Positions 1-12,899 are shown, counted from the first letter of the whole stretch. The stretch: 60,547 nt of DNA, filler included, from Sluysia triapertura (GCA_046118255.1; 5 parts of 5 records of this genome joined end to end with filler, not necessarily neighbours in it), one strand, 5' to 3'. Translations and numbers: made by a program. The notes: generated by a model not told the origin, from the sequence alone.

Positions 1-73
<73 letters not shown>
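1..73. repeat. (AAT)n microsatellite
   Basis: Pure ATA/AAT triplet run at window start. Confidence 0.98.
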
Positions 74-74
<1 letters not shown>

Positions 75-163
75 CGCTGATGATTAAGCATTAGAAAAAG
101 CAGCATGCACAAGTAGCATATTTAACAATAAACGTTGTCATAATCAATATAAAATCTTTATAC

Positions 164-221
164 CATTCAATATTGATAATTCCATTAGTTGCATTTGTTT
201 AACTGTATCTTGTGATTCAGG
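164..221 (-). CDS. STAR/Quaking-family KH RNA-binding protein, exon encoding the QUA2 region
   Basis: Exon AG|CCTGAA...AATG|GT reads PESQDTVKQMQLMELSILN(G), matching QKI EGEDSLKKMQLMELAILNG; continues in phase from exon 2765-2917. Confidence 0.85.
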
Positions 222-2152
222 CTTAATGAGCATAAATAGCACAATAAATAATAATATTATTATTACTTTTAATAGCAATTTTTTTACGTAATCCTCAATT
301 ATACTTTCTAACGATGCTTAAAGTTATAAATAAAGCATTATTTCTATTACAACTTTGACCATTGTGAGCGTATATTTTAAATATTACAATCATCATATAA
401 TGCTTAACCCATTCGCTGCCAATCACGAATATAGTCGTGATACTTTCAATATTATTATAACGTACAACTTGTGGAGTTTGCAAACCTTTTATGGCCACAA
501 ACATAAATATATGTGTTTTTACAAAAATTCAGAATACGTCTATTTTTTATCTTGGCAGCGAATAATTTGTAAAAGCCTTCAAATTACGTTAAAATTAATT
601 TTTCGAATGGAATGTGAGTTTTATTAATTTTCTAAACCCTCTTTTTATCACAAAACTACATTTAAATCTACAAAAATGCTTATAAAATATAAATGTACAA
701 AATATAAAAACACAAAAGATGAAATATTGCATAAAAATTTAATTTTAATTTAATCAAACTATTTTCCACTAATTATCATAATCAATTTTAGACCATTAAT
801 TTACTTTACAATGAATACTTTGACCGTTACTTTAGAAAGTATTTCCATCTTTGTTCGGACTGTATTTGTCAATAATTTATCTTTTAATTCGACTTATAAA
901 TTATTTGTATGTCATTATCAAACTTATACAATATCATATTTAAATTTTAAAATTTTTCAGTCCCTATTTACTACACTCAATAAAAACCCATCTCTTTCCC
1001 TACCATTATATTATATCATAAATACTACATACATATACGAAATCTCATATTCAACACATACCATAAATCAATTAATAAATGTAACAAATTAATTTTATTA
1101 ATTTTTCATCATCATCATCATCATTATTATTATCATTATCATTATTATTATTAATAATATCATTTTAAGATTCCATTATTTCTGTTTTAATATTATACTG
1201 TACCTCCATACCTTCATACATTATTGTCTTGATGTTTTAGATATTCAAATAGATACTAATTTCAATATTTAGTTAAAATTATAAATGGTATTATTAAAGC
1301 AAGTGAGAACGTAACAAATTATATTATATTGAACTGGTTGAACTGCCAAATCAGATTGTCAAAATGTTAATAGTTGATTTAATCGAAGTGGTCATTGTCA
1401 AATGTTTTTTGAACAACAATATCAAATCACTGATATGACAGTTCAAATTAACTATCAGATCCTTGATAAAGTGAAACGATATGTGTGTAACAATAATCAT
1501 GTTTTTATTTAATAACTGGATAGATCATTCCCTCGTAAAGCAGAATTTTAAAATTAAGCGACTTTTACGAATGAATTTGAATTCCAAATTAATTTAAAAA
1601 TCTCAATAAACTCAAAACATAAAAATATTGTCAAATCTTATTTCTTTCTTCATTCGAAATGTGAAGTATTTTTGATTACAATATTTAATTAAAAATTAGG
1701 TTAAATTAGATAATTTATTTATTTAATTTTTTATAAATTTCCATACCCTTCTTGGAATTTATCAATCAGTATTTGTGTTAATATATTATCTAAGTTTCAA
1801 ACGATTGTTCAATTTTATTCAAGTTCTACCTCCATAGTCTTCATTGTGTCACATTTATTAATATCTTAATTTCGAATTAATTCAATAATTTATGCATATT
1901 GTCAGAAAATCCTGTTTCTTTCATTAGCAAATATGAAAATGATTTTTATTAATGTAAAAATTTGTTATCTGATTTTGAACATTTAATAAATTAAAATAAT
2001 TACCATATTCTAACGTGCCACAAGGAACCCTACTTTCCAAAACTTACTATTAGCAATTTGTAGATTTCTTTGTACATTGATGGTAGTATAAATGTTATTA
2101 AATTACACCATTTCATATTTGTATAGCTTGTAACATAATATTTGTAATATTT

Positions 2153-2154
<2 letters not shown>

Positions 2155-2206
<52 letters not shown>

Positions 2207-2540
2207 TATTAATTTATATTGCGCTTATATCTACTGCAAAATAAGTACTCAAAAGCGCTGAAGGTAAATCATTCACCATAATATTCCTGAAGCAGAAAGA
2301 ACTTTGCCTTTTTCTTAAATATTTCATAATCTTCCAGTAATCTGACATAAACGTTATACAACCGATCACCTAGCTTATTATCACTGTGGATTCTGTCTTA
2401 ATGAAATATTCATCTTGGTTTCCAAATTGTTCATTATTTCTAAATGATATCCAGAACTTCTGTAATGTAACCATTTGTAAATTATTGTCATGATTTTATT
2501 GGCAATCAATGTAATTCTTTACATGAGATCTTCAACTTAC
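2155..2540 (-). mobile_element. 3' end of L2/CR1-group LINE with (TAT)n tail
   Basis: Minus strand has a decayed ORF end (YEIFKKKAKFFLLQEYY), then AGCGCTTTTGAG...AAGCGCAATATAAAT, running into an (ATT)n tail. This is the typical L2 3' end layout. Confidence 0.6.
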
Positions 2541-2764
2541 AAATATTACGTTGTTCAAAATAATGTTATGTCAGACATGCCTATTTAATTTTGTACGTCT
2601 ATTTAGATCTAGGATGAGCTGAATGAAAATTGTACCGCTAAATAAATTTAACATTTATTATTATGTGAAAAATCAAAACATGAATTGAGAAAAAATGGTT
2701 AAACTTAGAAAATAATTTCAAATTAAAATATTAAAAGGTGCTAATGTTAAATGTGTCCACTAAC

Positions 2765-2917
2765 AATATTAAGAGGTTCATGAATAAATCTAGTCATTTC
2801 TTCACGAATTTTAGCTAATCGATCATCGACACGGTTTTCATCATCTGATACCACTATAAGTACATGAAGATCTTCATTCAAGTGTTCATAGTTCGGTTGA
2901 CCTTTGTTCAACTCCTC
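2765..2917 (-). CDS. STAR/Quaking-family (QKI/How/GLD-1-like) KH-domain exon
   Basis: CAG|...|GTTAGT bounded 153-bp exon: [51 protein letters not shown], matching QKI [25 protein letters not shown]. Confidence 0.9.
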
Positions 2918-3124
2918 CTGTAATACAATATTAAATGCGAATTTTAATAATACAATAATACAATTTTAAATGCGAATTATTAATGGGACGTATCCCGTAT
3001 AATTAGAAAATTGTAGAAATAAAATTTATTACACATAAAGTAACTTTTTAAGAAATTACAAAGAATCATTGTGGTTGGATAAAGTGCCATTTAGTATAAT
3101 TGAATCTAATAATCTAAAATTGTT

Positions 3125-3260
3125 AGATAGCTTAGAGCATCGAACTGCGCAGCGAGAAGTCACGGATTCAATATCCGATCAGTCTTTTTTATGAAGTCTA
3201 ACAAATGGACCCAATGGAAACAATACTTGCTCACATTTTCAGAATGCTCGCGTTTAGAAA
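3125..3260 (+). mobile_element. tRNA-derived SINE-like head (not a functional tRNA)
   Basis: TAGCTTAGAGCA (A-box-like) and GGATTCAATATCC (B-box/T-arm-like) spaced as in a tRNA; no proper acceptor stem. Confidence 0.4.
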
Positions 3261-4269
3261 ATTTTTTTAATTGCATGCCCAAATTTACACTAAATTTAAC
3301 CATATTGAAAATAATATCTTAAATGGCGAAATACTAAGAATGATACCTTTTCGTAAACACTTTTCAAAATTGTTTACTTCATTTTGAAAATCATTATAAA
3401 CATTGATGGGCCTTGCAATAATTATACAGAAATTTTCAAAAATTGCGCAATTATAAATAAACAAATATGTGAGAATAAAACAGTATATTGTACTAATTTT
3501 GCACTTTGGGATTTGTGCCATTTTAATGATTTAAAAAATCACATTTCATAGTTCTAGGAATTTGAAGAAATAAATGATGTAATTATCAAAAACTATCTCG
3601 ATGGAAAGTTAACACATTTTTACAAGAAATTTAATAAGTTAATGAAAAAAGCGGAAAATATGCTTTAAAAAAGAGAAATAATTATCTTTCAGTTCTATTT
3701 ACTTTTATCTACTTAAATTATAAATATTGGTTTCGTCTTATTCGAATTCATGATATTACGTCTAAATATTACTACTTTATAATCAACGTCAGCGTTTTCC
3801 AAAAAAGTTATTAAACATTAAAGATTATTTATGGAAAAGCAAAATGATTATAAAGTTAGTTAAGATAGTCATCGGGAATTGTAATAACATCCCAACAGTT
3901 TAATAGAATATCACATTCAATTTTGCTCATGAAACAACACTTAATCCTAAATATTCGTTAAGCAATAGTTGCAATTCCTTTCATGCTTGTTTTATCTTCA
4001 TTATTTTTGTAATTTGATTATCAGTAAATATTGCTTTTTGTATAAATTTCTACATCCTAGTTGTGGAAGTAAACATTTTCAGTCTTAGTTATGATATGTT
4101 ATGATTCTAAACGCAACTTCTGTTGAGATATATTTGTGTTTAATAAAATTTTTCTGATACGGTTATCCTATTCTTGAAAACAAATTTTAAATCAAATTAT
4201 GACAATTGTAAGTCTAAACATTAGATACAAGAACTACTGAGAGAAATTAAGTGCAATTAAAAAATAATT

Positions 4270-4772
4270 ACGCATAGGGCCCGGGCAAAACAAAATTTGG
4301 CGCCCTTTTATACAAGAATATACAAATTTACTGCTAATTAAAAACAATAGTAAAAAAGGCAAAAAATCATAATTACACAATAAATAACTGTGTAAAAAAT
4401 TTATTTATTTAAAAAGTAATACAATAGTTATTTACTTACGAACGATACAACATATGGAATAACATAACGAGCACATTTGAAGTTTGAGCGATGAAGGAGC
4501 GAGAATTTTTGTAATTTTATTTGTCAAAAATTCAGTAACATAGTTAATCAGTTTGTAAAATAATTAGCATTGTGACATTTATTTGGTATTATTCAAGAAA
4601 AAAATTTATTGCTTGCTAAAAAATCGATGTCTCATGAAAAATGATCGATTTTAATTTATAAAATCTAAAAAAATGATGAATGGAAAAAAATATTTTATTT
4701 TTACATCGGCGCCCCTCAAAATTTGGCGACACGAGCAGTCGCCAGGCTTGCCCACCCCTTTATCAGGCGTCT
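4270..4772. mobile_element. Non-autonomous hAT-like DNA element relic
   Basis: GC-rich subterminal motifs at both ends (GGGCCCGGGC..TTTGGCGCCC and GGCGCCCCTC..TTTGGCG..GCCCACCCC) around an AT-rich core. Confidence 0.4.
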
Positions 4773-5313
4773 TAATATGTTTGAGCGTTGTTTTTGGAAA
4801 CTGACAAGTAAAAAAACAATACTTCTAAAACTTCCAATTTATTATTATTTACAAATAGTCAAAATCATTAACCCTTTGCGGTCCTACTTTATTTTCATTG
4901 AATCCTCTGTAGGTCATATTTAATTCCAGCGAAACACAAAATTTTCACAATTAAATGCCTGATCAAACAAAACATATTCAAATTGAAATTAAATTATTTA
5001 TTTATTTACGCTTATGTTATATTTATATATTGCTGTTTATTCTAAATATCCTAAATAACATGAATATTCCTATTTGTTTACGATATGAAACTAATCTGCG
5101 TACTTCGCATATAGTACAGTGGTAGTATAGTGGTCCGTGCAAATAAAAATGTGAAATGTAAACATTTTCTTATTGGACCATCTTCGACATATAACAGATT
5201 ACATAAAACGTTTCAATGTTTATGTTAAATTAGCGTTCGAAACAAAATTGATGATAATCTTTTTATTATTTGTGTTTAAAGACAAACACTCCATTCTCAA
5301 TTTTATTTATCTT

Positions 5314-5686
5314 TAAGGTGACCAGACGTCTCGCGACGGTTTTCAAAAGTCCCGACTTTTAGAATTAAGTTAAATTTTGTATTTATGAAAATCATTGTTT
5401 TGCGCTCAAAGAATCCTACGAAGACTAACATATTGCTTTTGCTACCCAGTTACATTGTATTTGTCTCTCAGATGATACATTTCGTGTTCGTACTGCGTGC
5501 TAGCAAGCTAATTAAACAAATAAATATTACAAATCTGCTATTTATCATAGAAAATTAAGGTAAGTCTTATGTTAAAAATAAAAAAATATTACGATACTAT
5601 TTTTATTCTGTATGAAAATTTTTGTTGATACTTCCCCTTCCTTCAGAGTTGCCCTGCTTTGCCCATCTAAAAATCTGGTCACCTTA
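5314..5686. mobile_element. hAT (Blackjack-like) MITE
   Basis: 13-bp TIRs TAAGGTGACCAGA / TCTGGTCACCTTA; near-duplicated flanks TTATCTTTA / TTATCTGTA overlapping the ends. Confidence 0.75.
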
Positions 5687-5899
5687 TCTGTAAACCACCT
5701 TGTAATCCAAGCATACGTATGCAACAAATGTTACAGTTATTGTTAACATGTTATAATACTCTAAGTCTTATTTATTATGATGATTACCTTACTAGTTATG
5801 TTTATGACAGTTTACATTATTCAAAATCATATGCAACCGACACATCAATTAATGTTTCTATTAGTTATCAATTATTTCATTCACCTTATTTACTAAATG

Positions 5900-6311
5900 A
5901 TCTTTTAGAACCTAAATTAGAATCGATACGAATCAATACGAATCACAAAATGAAATTAGGAATTTAGAAGAAACTATTGAAAATCTACAATATCAGATCA
6001 AAATAATTTTAAAGCAATCACTAATTAAACAGTCATTTAAAATTGTTAATAATTATGACCTGATCGGCATAACCAATGATGAATTAGTTAATGATCATGA
6101 TCCGAATTTGAAGCAGATACAGTCAGTGATACAAGCAATATCGATAAGACTCGAACAAATACTATTAATGAATAAACTATAAAAGAAAAAGATTTTAACT
6201 ATTATTAATGAAGCAGAAGAAATGATACATGTAGATTGTCCTATATCCTTCAATATAACAAACGTTGTGAACACCATTCGTAATCTAATGCATATTATGG
6301 TTCCATCTAAT
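5900..6311 (+). pseudogene. Decayed coiled-coil ORF cut off by the TGT element at 6312
   Basis: Frame reads NEIRNLEETIENLQYQIKIILKQ...IRLEQILLMNKL*KKKILTIINEAEEMIHVDCP...VPSN and meets TGTGATGGCC at 6312; no family recognised. Confidence 0.35.
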
Positions 6312-8027
6312 TGTGATGGCCAACCTTTTCATTCAAAATTTAAATCATTATCACACATACTTAATATCACTTTCTTAGCATTTCACATTTTACTTTTTCA
6401 GATTCATTAAAATTCTTTAACATTTTAAAACATTTTAAACTCATTAAAGTTTTACTCAACATCTAAAATCATCGAATGCATACTTCAAAAGTTTATTCAA
6501 AACATTTCAAGCTCACAATTTTTCAACGTTAAATCATTAATATCACTGAAAAACATTAAATTCACATTTCAAAATCATTTTAAATACTATAATCAAAATG
6601 GAATTTCTTTTAACATCTTTAACTAAATTGTTACCTTTTTTCTCATTTATACTATGTAAATTCTTTTAAAAATTCAATAAGAATTAGAAGAAAAGTAAAG
6701 AAATTTTATTTCAAGAATTTAATTTATTTTATCTTAAGAACAAAAATAATGTTAAAAATTTATGTTTTGATTAACTTTATTTATTTTTATTATGTATTAT
6801 TTTATTTTTATCATTTATTTTAAGTTATTATTATTAACATTATTATTACTAAGTTTTATTTTATTATTCATTATTTAATTTGTCATTTTATTTTATGTTA
6901 TTATTATGCATTTTATTACTGTTAATTAGATTTACCAACATTCACTCTAGTATCATCAATTAATGTTTTAATGGCCATTATCATCAGCATTTTTATCATT
7001 ATTTCGGTTGTCAGTGTGGACAGTTACTTAATCTTTTTAATAAAATCTCATTACATTTAACGTCAACATATCTATTACTTAAATGTTTATTTGTCATTGG
7101 TTTTTATGTGGCAATAGTAACATTAAAAATAGTAACAGCATCTGTTCAAAATAAATAAAATTCAGAATTAGAAAATTACTTTTGTACTTAATGAAAAATT
7201 TAATTTGTTATAAGGTCTAGATTATTAAAAATGAATCGTAAAGGTCAAAAGTTAATTCATTGTAATTGTAAAAGATTAGCCTTTCACAAAATTCATCTGA
7301 GATCAAACAATTAGTAATAAAGAAAAAAGCATATTTTGATGATCAACTTGAAATTCGTATCATATCTCCGATACGATACGAAACCCAAATAATAGATCTT
7401 GATCACTATTTTTAGTAGAAAATAAATTTAGTCCTGCATATTTGATCGAGTTAATGTTGAAAAGTGATCATAATAGCGACAAATGTTTAGAACAAACTCA
7501 AAACATCAGTGATGTACATGCTTTAACAAATTCAAATACTAATTATGATGCCATGAAATTATGTTGTTCAATTGATGCATCTACAAAATCGATAACTATT
7601 GTCGTTACAAGTTCTACACTTCAATATTTAAATTTATCCGATTTAGTAATGCCTTCTCGTATTCCCATATATCAATTCTCGACTCAAACGCAAATTGTAA
7701 TTCGAACGAAATCATCTGTTGATTCATTAAATGTTAATCAATACAAATCAGCACTTAATTTAGATCCTTCCCATGCATATTTATTATCAAGTAACATTCC
7801 TGTAATATACTTGACAGATATAAATTTTGATCCAACATTCTCACATATTGCAACAGAGATATAACAACAACCGATTTGGTGATTAACGCAACTAACCATG
7901 ATCAATTCGTACCTACACACCAATTAAAATAGAATTCCATAAAAGGATAATTCAGAATGACGTGGCACCTGTCTACATTGCATATCGTTAGATGGAAGAT
8001 GTTCAAAGTACGGTTTTAAATGCAAAT
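6312..8027 (+). mobile_element. TGT-terminated cargo element, copy A (arm + spacer + regulatory module + CCCH gene); cut by N gap
   Basis: Starts TGTGATGGCCAACCTTTT; C/A-rich arm to ~6650 shares AATATCACTGAAAA(A)CATTAAATT with 42740-42762; AT spacer; TTGTC-N6-GACAG at 7008-7023; cargo ORF from ~7231. Confidence 0.7.
7231..8027 (+). pseudogene. Intronless decayed CCCH zinc-finger gene (cargo of copy A)
   Basis: Fragmented frames including ORF 7442-7864; after a 1-bp frameshift the end reads TWHCLHCISLDGRCSKYGFKCK(gap), homologous to TWHCFYGIIQNGECYRYGRNCIYGH at ~41345-41420. Confidence 0.65.
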
Positions 8028-11000
8028 NNNNNNNNNNNNNNNNNNNNNNNNNNNNNNNNNNNNNNNNNNNNNNNNNNNNNNNNNNNNNNNNNNNNNNNNN
8101 NNNNNNNNNNNNNNNNNNNNNNNNNNNNNNNNNNNNNNNNNNNNNNNNNNNNNNNNNNNNNAAATTATTCTGCTGTTAGTTTACATCTATTATTTTATTA
8201 TTATTTTACATTATTATTATTTCTTTTATTACTTTAGATTATCGTGGATCACTATGACTCTGACACTTATAATAATTAAATTAAATTAAATTAAATTAAT
8301 TTAGCATCATTCAAAGAAATACATAATTATGAAAATTTGACCTGTGATAATTCAATATTATTTTGACTATACGAAGATTTTCCATGTTTTATTATGTATT
8401 TAATTAGTTAATGTTTAATTTTTAATATATGATTAATATATAGATAAAATATTACCTTTTCTTTAATTGCAGTTGCTAAGTTTTGAATAGAAATCTCATT
8501 TTTCTTGTTCGTTATTTTTAATTTTAGCAATTTTAGTTTTATCCTTAAATTATTTCTGTACTAGTTTCAATATTTTAATAAGTTAAAATAGTACTTTTTG
8601 ATTATATTATAATAATTTATTTTTACAAATTAATTAATTTATATTTTTGTTTTTGATTTCAGTTAATGAAATGTTGAATAAACTACTTAAAAGATTTGAA
8701 ATTAAAGTTGAAGCTGATAAGTTAATACTCATAACTTTTCAGTTCATTTTAAAACTATATAAACAATAGTTAAATAAAATTTAAAACTATTATAATAGTT
8801 TAAAGCGTTATCAATTATTACCCATCTTTTAAAAACTTCTCATAAAGGTTTGTTTTATTCGCTAAGAATATTATCAAATCTTTCGAAAATTTCTAAATTT
8901 TTGCTTTTTGTTTTTATGCTTGATTTTCAATCTCTAAACGTGGATAAATAAGAGAATGAAAATTATTATAAATATAACCACATCTGCGTTTTTTCTTTCT
9001 TCATTTTCTAATTAATGTATAATTATCTTTAAATTGGGTATTTGATATAATTCGTAATTCTCGATTAAAGTAAAAACCAATAAGATTATCTTTATGTACT
9101 TTAAATTTAGGAATGACTAAAACTTGTAAATCATTATCATTTTTCCACAATACATAATATTGTTAAAATTCATTGTGTTCTTAATTTTCTTAGTTTCTTT
9201 TTTAATGAAAATGTAAATTTTCTATTTTGTTAAAAGCAATTTCTCGAATATCAACATTTGCATGAAGCTATTTAACATTTTTTGTTTACTGTCTAAAAAA
9301 CCTTTGGCAATTTTTTAACTTTTACATTTTCAATATCGCCTCTTTCATTTACATATAAATCTTTAATTGTTGCATTTTTTATTTATATTTTTGTTTTATA
9401 TAAGTTACATTTACATGTTCTACAATAATTATCTCTACACTAATTAACTCTAATAGGATACTCTAACTTTAATAGGATAGAAGTAATTTTACACATAACA
9501 TACATCTATAGATGTAAAACATGCAATGAAATTCTTAAATCATTGTAATTATTTTAAATATTTTCAAAACACATAACTATTATTCAATTGGTATAACATA
9601 ATAGATAAATGTACTTGTGTCAATTGTTTTTCTATAGTTTTAAAACTATTTTAAACTTTAAATGAAGAAAAACCCTAAAATATTCCATTCGATAATATCA
9701 CATTCAATGTTATTATTTATATCAGTAATTTGAATGATTCTTTATAATTGTGATCGTTCAAATAGCATTATTTAGAGGCGATTTAGTAGTTTTTAATACA
9801 TTTTTGGAATATCAAAACTTAGAATATTATAGAAAAAGTATTATTCAATTTCAATTTGTGATTACCTGTTGGAATGAATATAAATTATGAGTAATCAAAA
9901 TTTAATAACAAATTAAATATTCAGGCTTAGAACAATATTTATCATTAACAAAATTATTATTATATTACTCTTATAAGCATTTATTACTTACTCCATCAAC
10001 AATTTATTTATTTAACATTTATTTATTACTTATTCAGGCTAAAAACAATATTTATTACTATTGTACATATTAATAAAATTTATTGTTATACATATTAACA
10101 AAATTATTTATATTTATTGTTTCGACAAAATTATTGTACACACTATTATGTAAGTTAAATTATTAAAAGCTAATAATAAACGATATAAATATCAGTTACA
10201 AAAATTCATATCACAATTTTTTTAAGTACAACAAAGAGGAGTATTTATCAATTTGGGAATGTTTTGAGATTGAAATTGTGAAGTAGGAGATATAAGTGAG
10301 TGATGTTTATTGTCTAGCCTGAAAAATAAAATCTTTAAAAATTTATTATTTTCGTTTGTTTTTTTAGTTTTGTTTATAAAATAAGTAATTATTTAGTTAA
10401 TTGTTATAAATAAATTTTTTCGTGTTTAATTTTATTTGTTTGAAATAAAACTAAAAATAGAACTCCAAAAACTTGATATTTTTTGAACAAACTAAACATA
10501 TAAATTGAATCCTTTGAGTAATAACAATATCTCAGGAGTTAAAATTGATTAAAGTTTAAAATGAATAACTTACTCCGCACTTCGATTTCAGGTGAGCGAA
10601 ACGATTCCAGATAAAATAGACATACTAGATAATTGCAGATGATATTTTCAGAATAAGCTAATATTAATAAGATTTTACCTCCAGAGAAATATGTTAAGAT
10701 AAAATATCACTAGAGAAATTAAAATTATTACTAAAAGATTAACAGTTATACAAATTAAGATTAAGACATCAGTTCTAAACATTTAAATTTCACGTCAATT
10801 CATTATATTAATAAACATGCCACATAAATTTTGAAGATTCAATCGTCAATAGAGAAGTTTCACTAAAATTTTAGCAGAAGCATTTTATTTACAAAGTTTA
10901 AATTTTACAATAAGATTCATTTAAGAAACACTTTGTTAGACGACAAATGATATAAATAAGAAATATCAAAAAAATAAATCCAAATTTAAAGTAGGTGAGA

Positions 11001-11078
11001 ATTAGAATTTTTAAGATTAAAAATAAATTTGAAAAAACAGTGGACATCAGAAATATTTGAAATATTTCTAATAACTTA

Positions 11079-11237
11079 TGTGTTGGCCAACTCACTGACC
11101 TAAATAAATTTCACAAAAAATTCTGCCTCAAACGTATTAAAATCTTATAAACTTTCAAGCATACATTACACATCTTTAAATCCATTTAAAACTAACGCAA
11201 CATAACTAAAACCATATTTTCAACAACATATAACAAT
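11079..11237 (+). mobile_element. TGT-terminated element, copy B (terminus and start of arm only)
   Basis: TGTGTTGGCCAACTC followed by G-poor, C/A-rich sequence up to the segment end. Confidence 0.6.
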
Positions 11238-11337
11238 NNNNNNNNNNNNNNNNNNNNNNNNNNNNNNNNNNNNNNNNNNNNTTAATTAATTAANNNNNNN
11301 NNNNNNNNNNNNNNNNNNNNNNNNNNNNNNNNNNNNN
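11238..11337. other. Artificial scaffold linker 44N-TTAATTAATTAA-44N
   Basis: Exactly 100 bp with stops in all six frames; identical at four places in the window. Confidence 0.97.
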
Positions 11338-11417
11338 TATATATTTGAAGTTACAAGTAATTTAAGAAGCTAAATAAAGAACTAAGCTATATTAAATACA
11401 GAATTATACTTTTATAG

Positions 11418-11975
11418 GTAGAAAAACCAGATGAATGGTTACGTTATGGCAATCCGTGGGAAAAAGGTCGTCCAGAATATTCTTATCCGATAAATTTTTA
11501 TGGTTACTGTATAGATGATAACCAAGGTAAACGAAAATGGGTAGATGCTAATACAGTATTCGCTATGCCTTATGATACACCTGTTCCTGGTTATCGCAAC
11601 AATACATGTAATACATTACGATTATGGTCAAGTAAAGCGCCAACCAGTTTTAATTTAGGTACCTTTAACACTGGAGCTTATATTGATGCTGTTTGTGAAA
11701 GAAATAATGCGGAAAATATTTCTCGAGTTTTATATCCAAATGATAACTTCTTCGAAGGCAAAGAACTGCGTTTAAAGCAACAATATTTTATGGTGGCAGC
11801 TAGTTTACAAGATATTATTCGTAGATATGGTAAAGGAGCTGGTGGAGCATCTAGAACGAGCTTCGATGAATTTCCAGATAAAGTAGCAATTCAGCTGAAT
11901 GATACTCACCCTAGTATAGCTATACCAGAATTAATGAGGATTTTACATGACTTGGAAGGAATGGAATGGGAGAAA
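11418..11975 (+). CDS. PYG: Glycogen phosphorylase, internal exon (N-terminal half)
   Basis: TAG|[16 protein letters not shown]...[13 protein letters not shown]...[26 protein letters not shown]...[19 protein letters not shown]...MEWEK|GT; intact, with phase-0 introns at both ends. Confidence 0.97.
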
Positions 11976-12062
11976 GTATGTTTTAGTAATTTATTCTTAA
12001 TGTTTGACTTTATATTGACAAAGTTTGTTTTTCCCAATTACAACAGTCCTTAAACTTTATTA

Positions 12063-12608
12063 TACAGGGTTTTGTAATCCTATATTAATATGTATGTAAT
12101 CCTCAATTGTCAAATGTACAGTCCTATATTAACATATAATTAAAAATTACACAATGTAGATGCATTATTTTTGTCGATAGTATTCCGTTCTTCGGGCACG
12201 AGAAAAAGCCTTTCCTTTATAATATTCATTTTAGATAATCGCTTTGAAATGACAGACCTTGAAATTGTAGTATGCTGTATCTCTTGGAGCTTGAAATAAA
12301 CTTCCAGTTGAGTTATGTCATTATTGTAGCTTGCAATATTAAAAATTAATTGATTAGTTTCTGTTAATTGTTCATTTCTTGACCTACATGTTCCTTTGCA
12401 TTTCTCTCCACTAATCACAAAAACGTCACTGGCTTCATTTTGTTTAATGATTTTTGCAACTGTTCGGCTACAAACCTGGAGAGATGAATTGTTTGACCTT
12501 TTGTCGTAAACATTCAAACAATGTTATCATAAATCTCTTTCTAAAAATATTTTCTATTAAGTTAATATATGACTGCATACATGTTAATATAGAATTACAA
12601 AACCATAT
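12063..12608 (-). mobile_element. Internally deleted Tc1-like element (transposase N-terminal HTH region) with TIRs
   Basis: TIRs (TACAGGGTTTTGTAATCCTATATTAATATGTATG vs reverse complement at 12570-12608); ORF 12140-12517 with ISRSVISKRLSKMNIIKERLFLVPEERN, typical of Tc1/IS630-type transposases. Confidence 0.75.
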
Positions 12609-12899
12609 ATTAGAGTTTATGTTAATCTAATATTGAATTTAATATTTTAGAATTTTTTTGATAAGTTGTTTATGTAAGTTTTTATTTGGTCAAAAAATTT
12701 CAGAGTACATATATTATATCACTTTTGTATGGGGTTGGTTTTCAATTTTAATTACTGACAATATTGCTTACTAGTGTCATTTTGTAATTAGTAATTGTAT
12801 ATATTTTATATTGACATTCTAATAAATTAGTTCTTTTTTATCATTTTCCGATTTATCTACATTTTACTACCTAATAATCCTACTTGAGAAAATATCCAT

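Noticed and set aside
3125-3185. tRNA gene
   Set aside because: No complete cloverleaf or acceptor stem; SINE-like at best.
11282-11293. TTAATTAATTAA palindrome recurring four times
   Set aside because: Always embedded in 44N flanks; an artificial linker.
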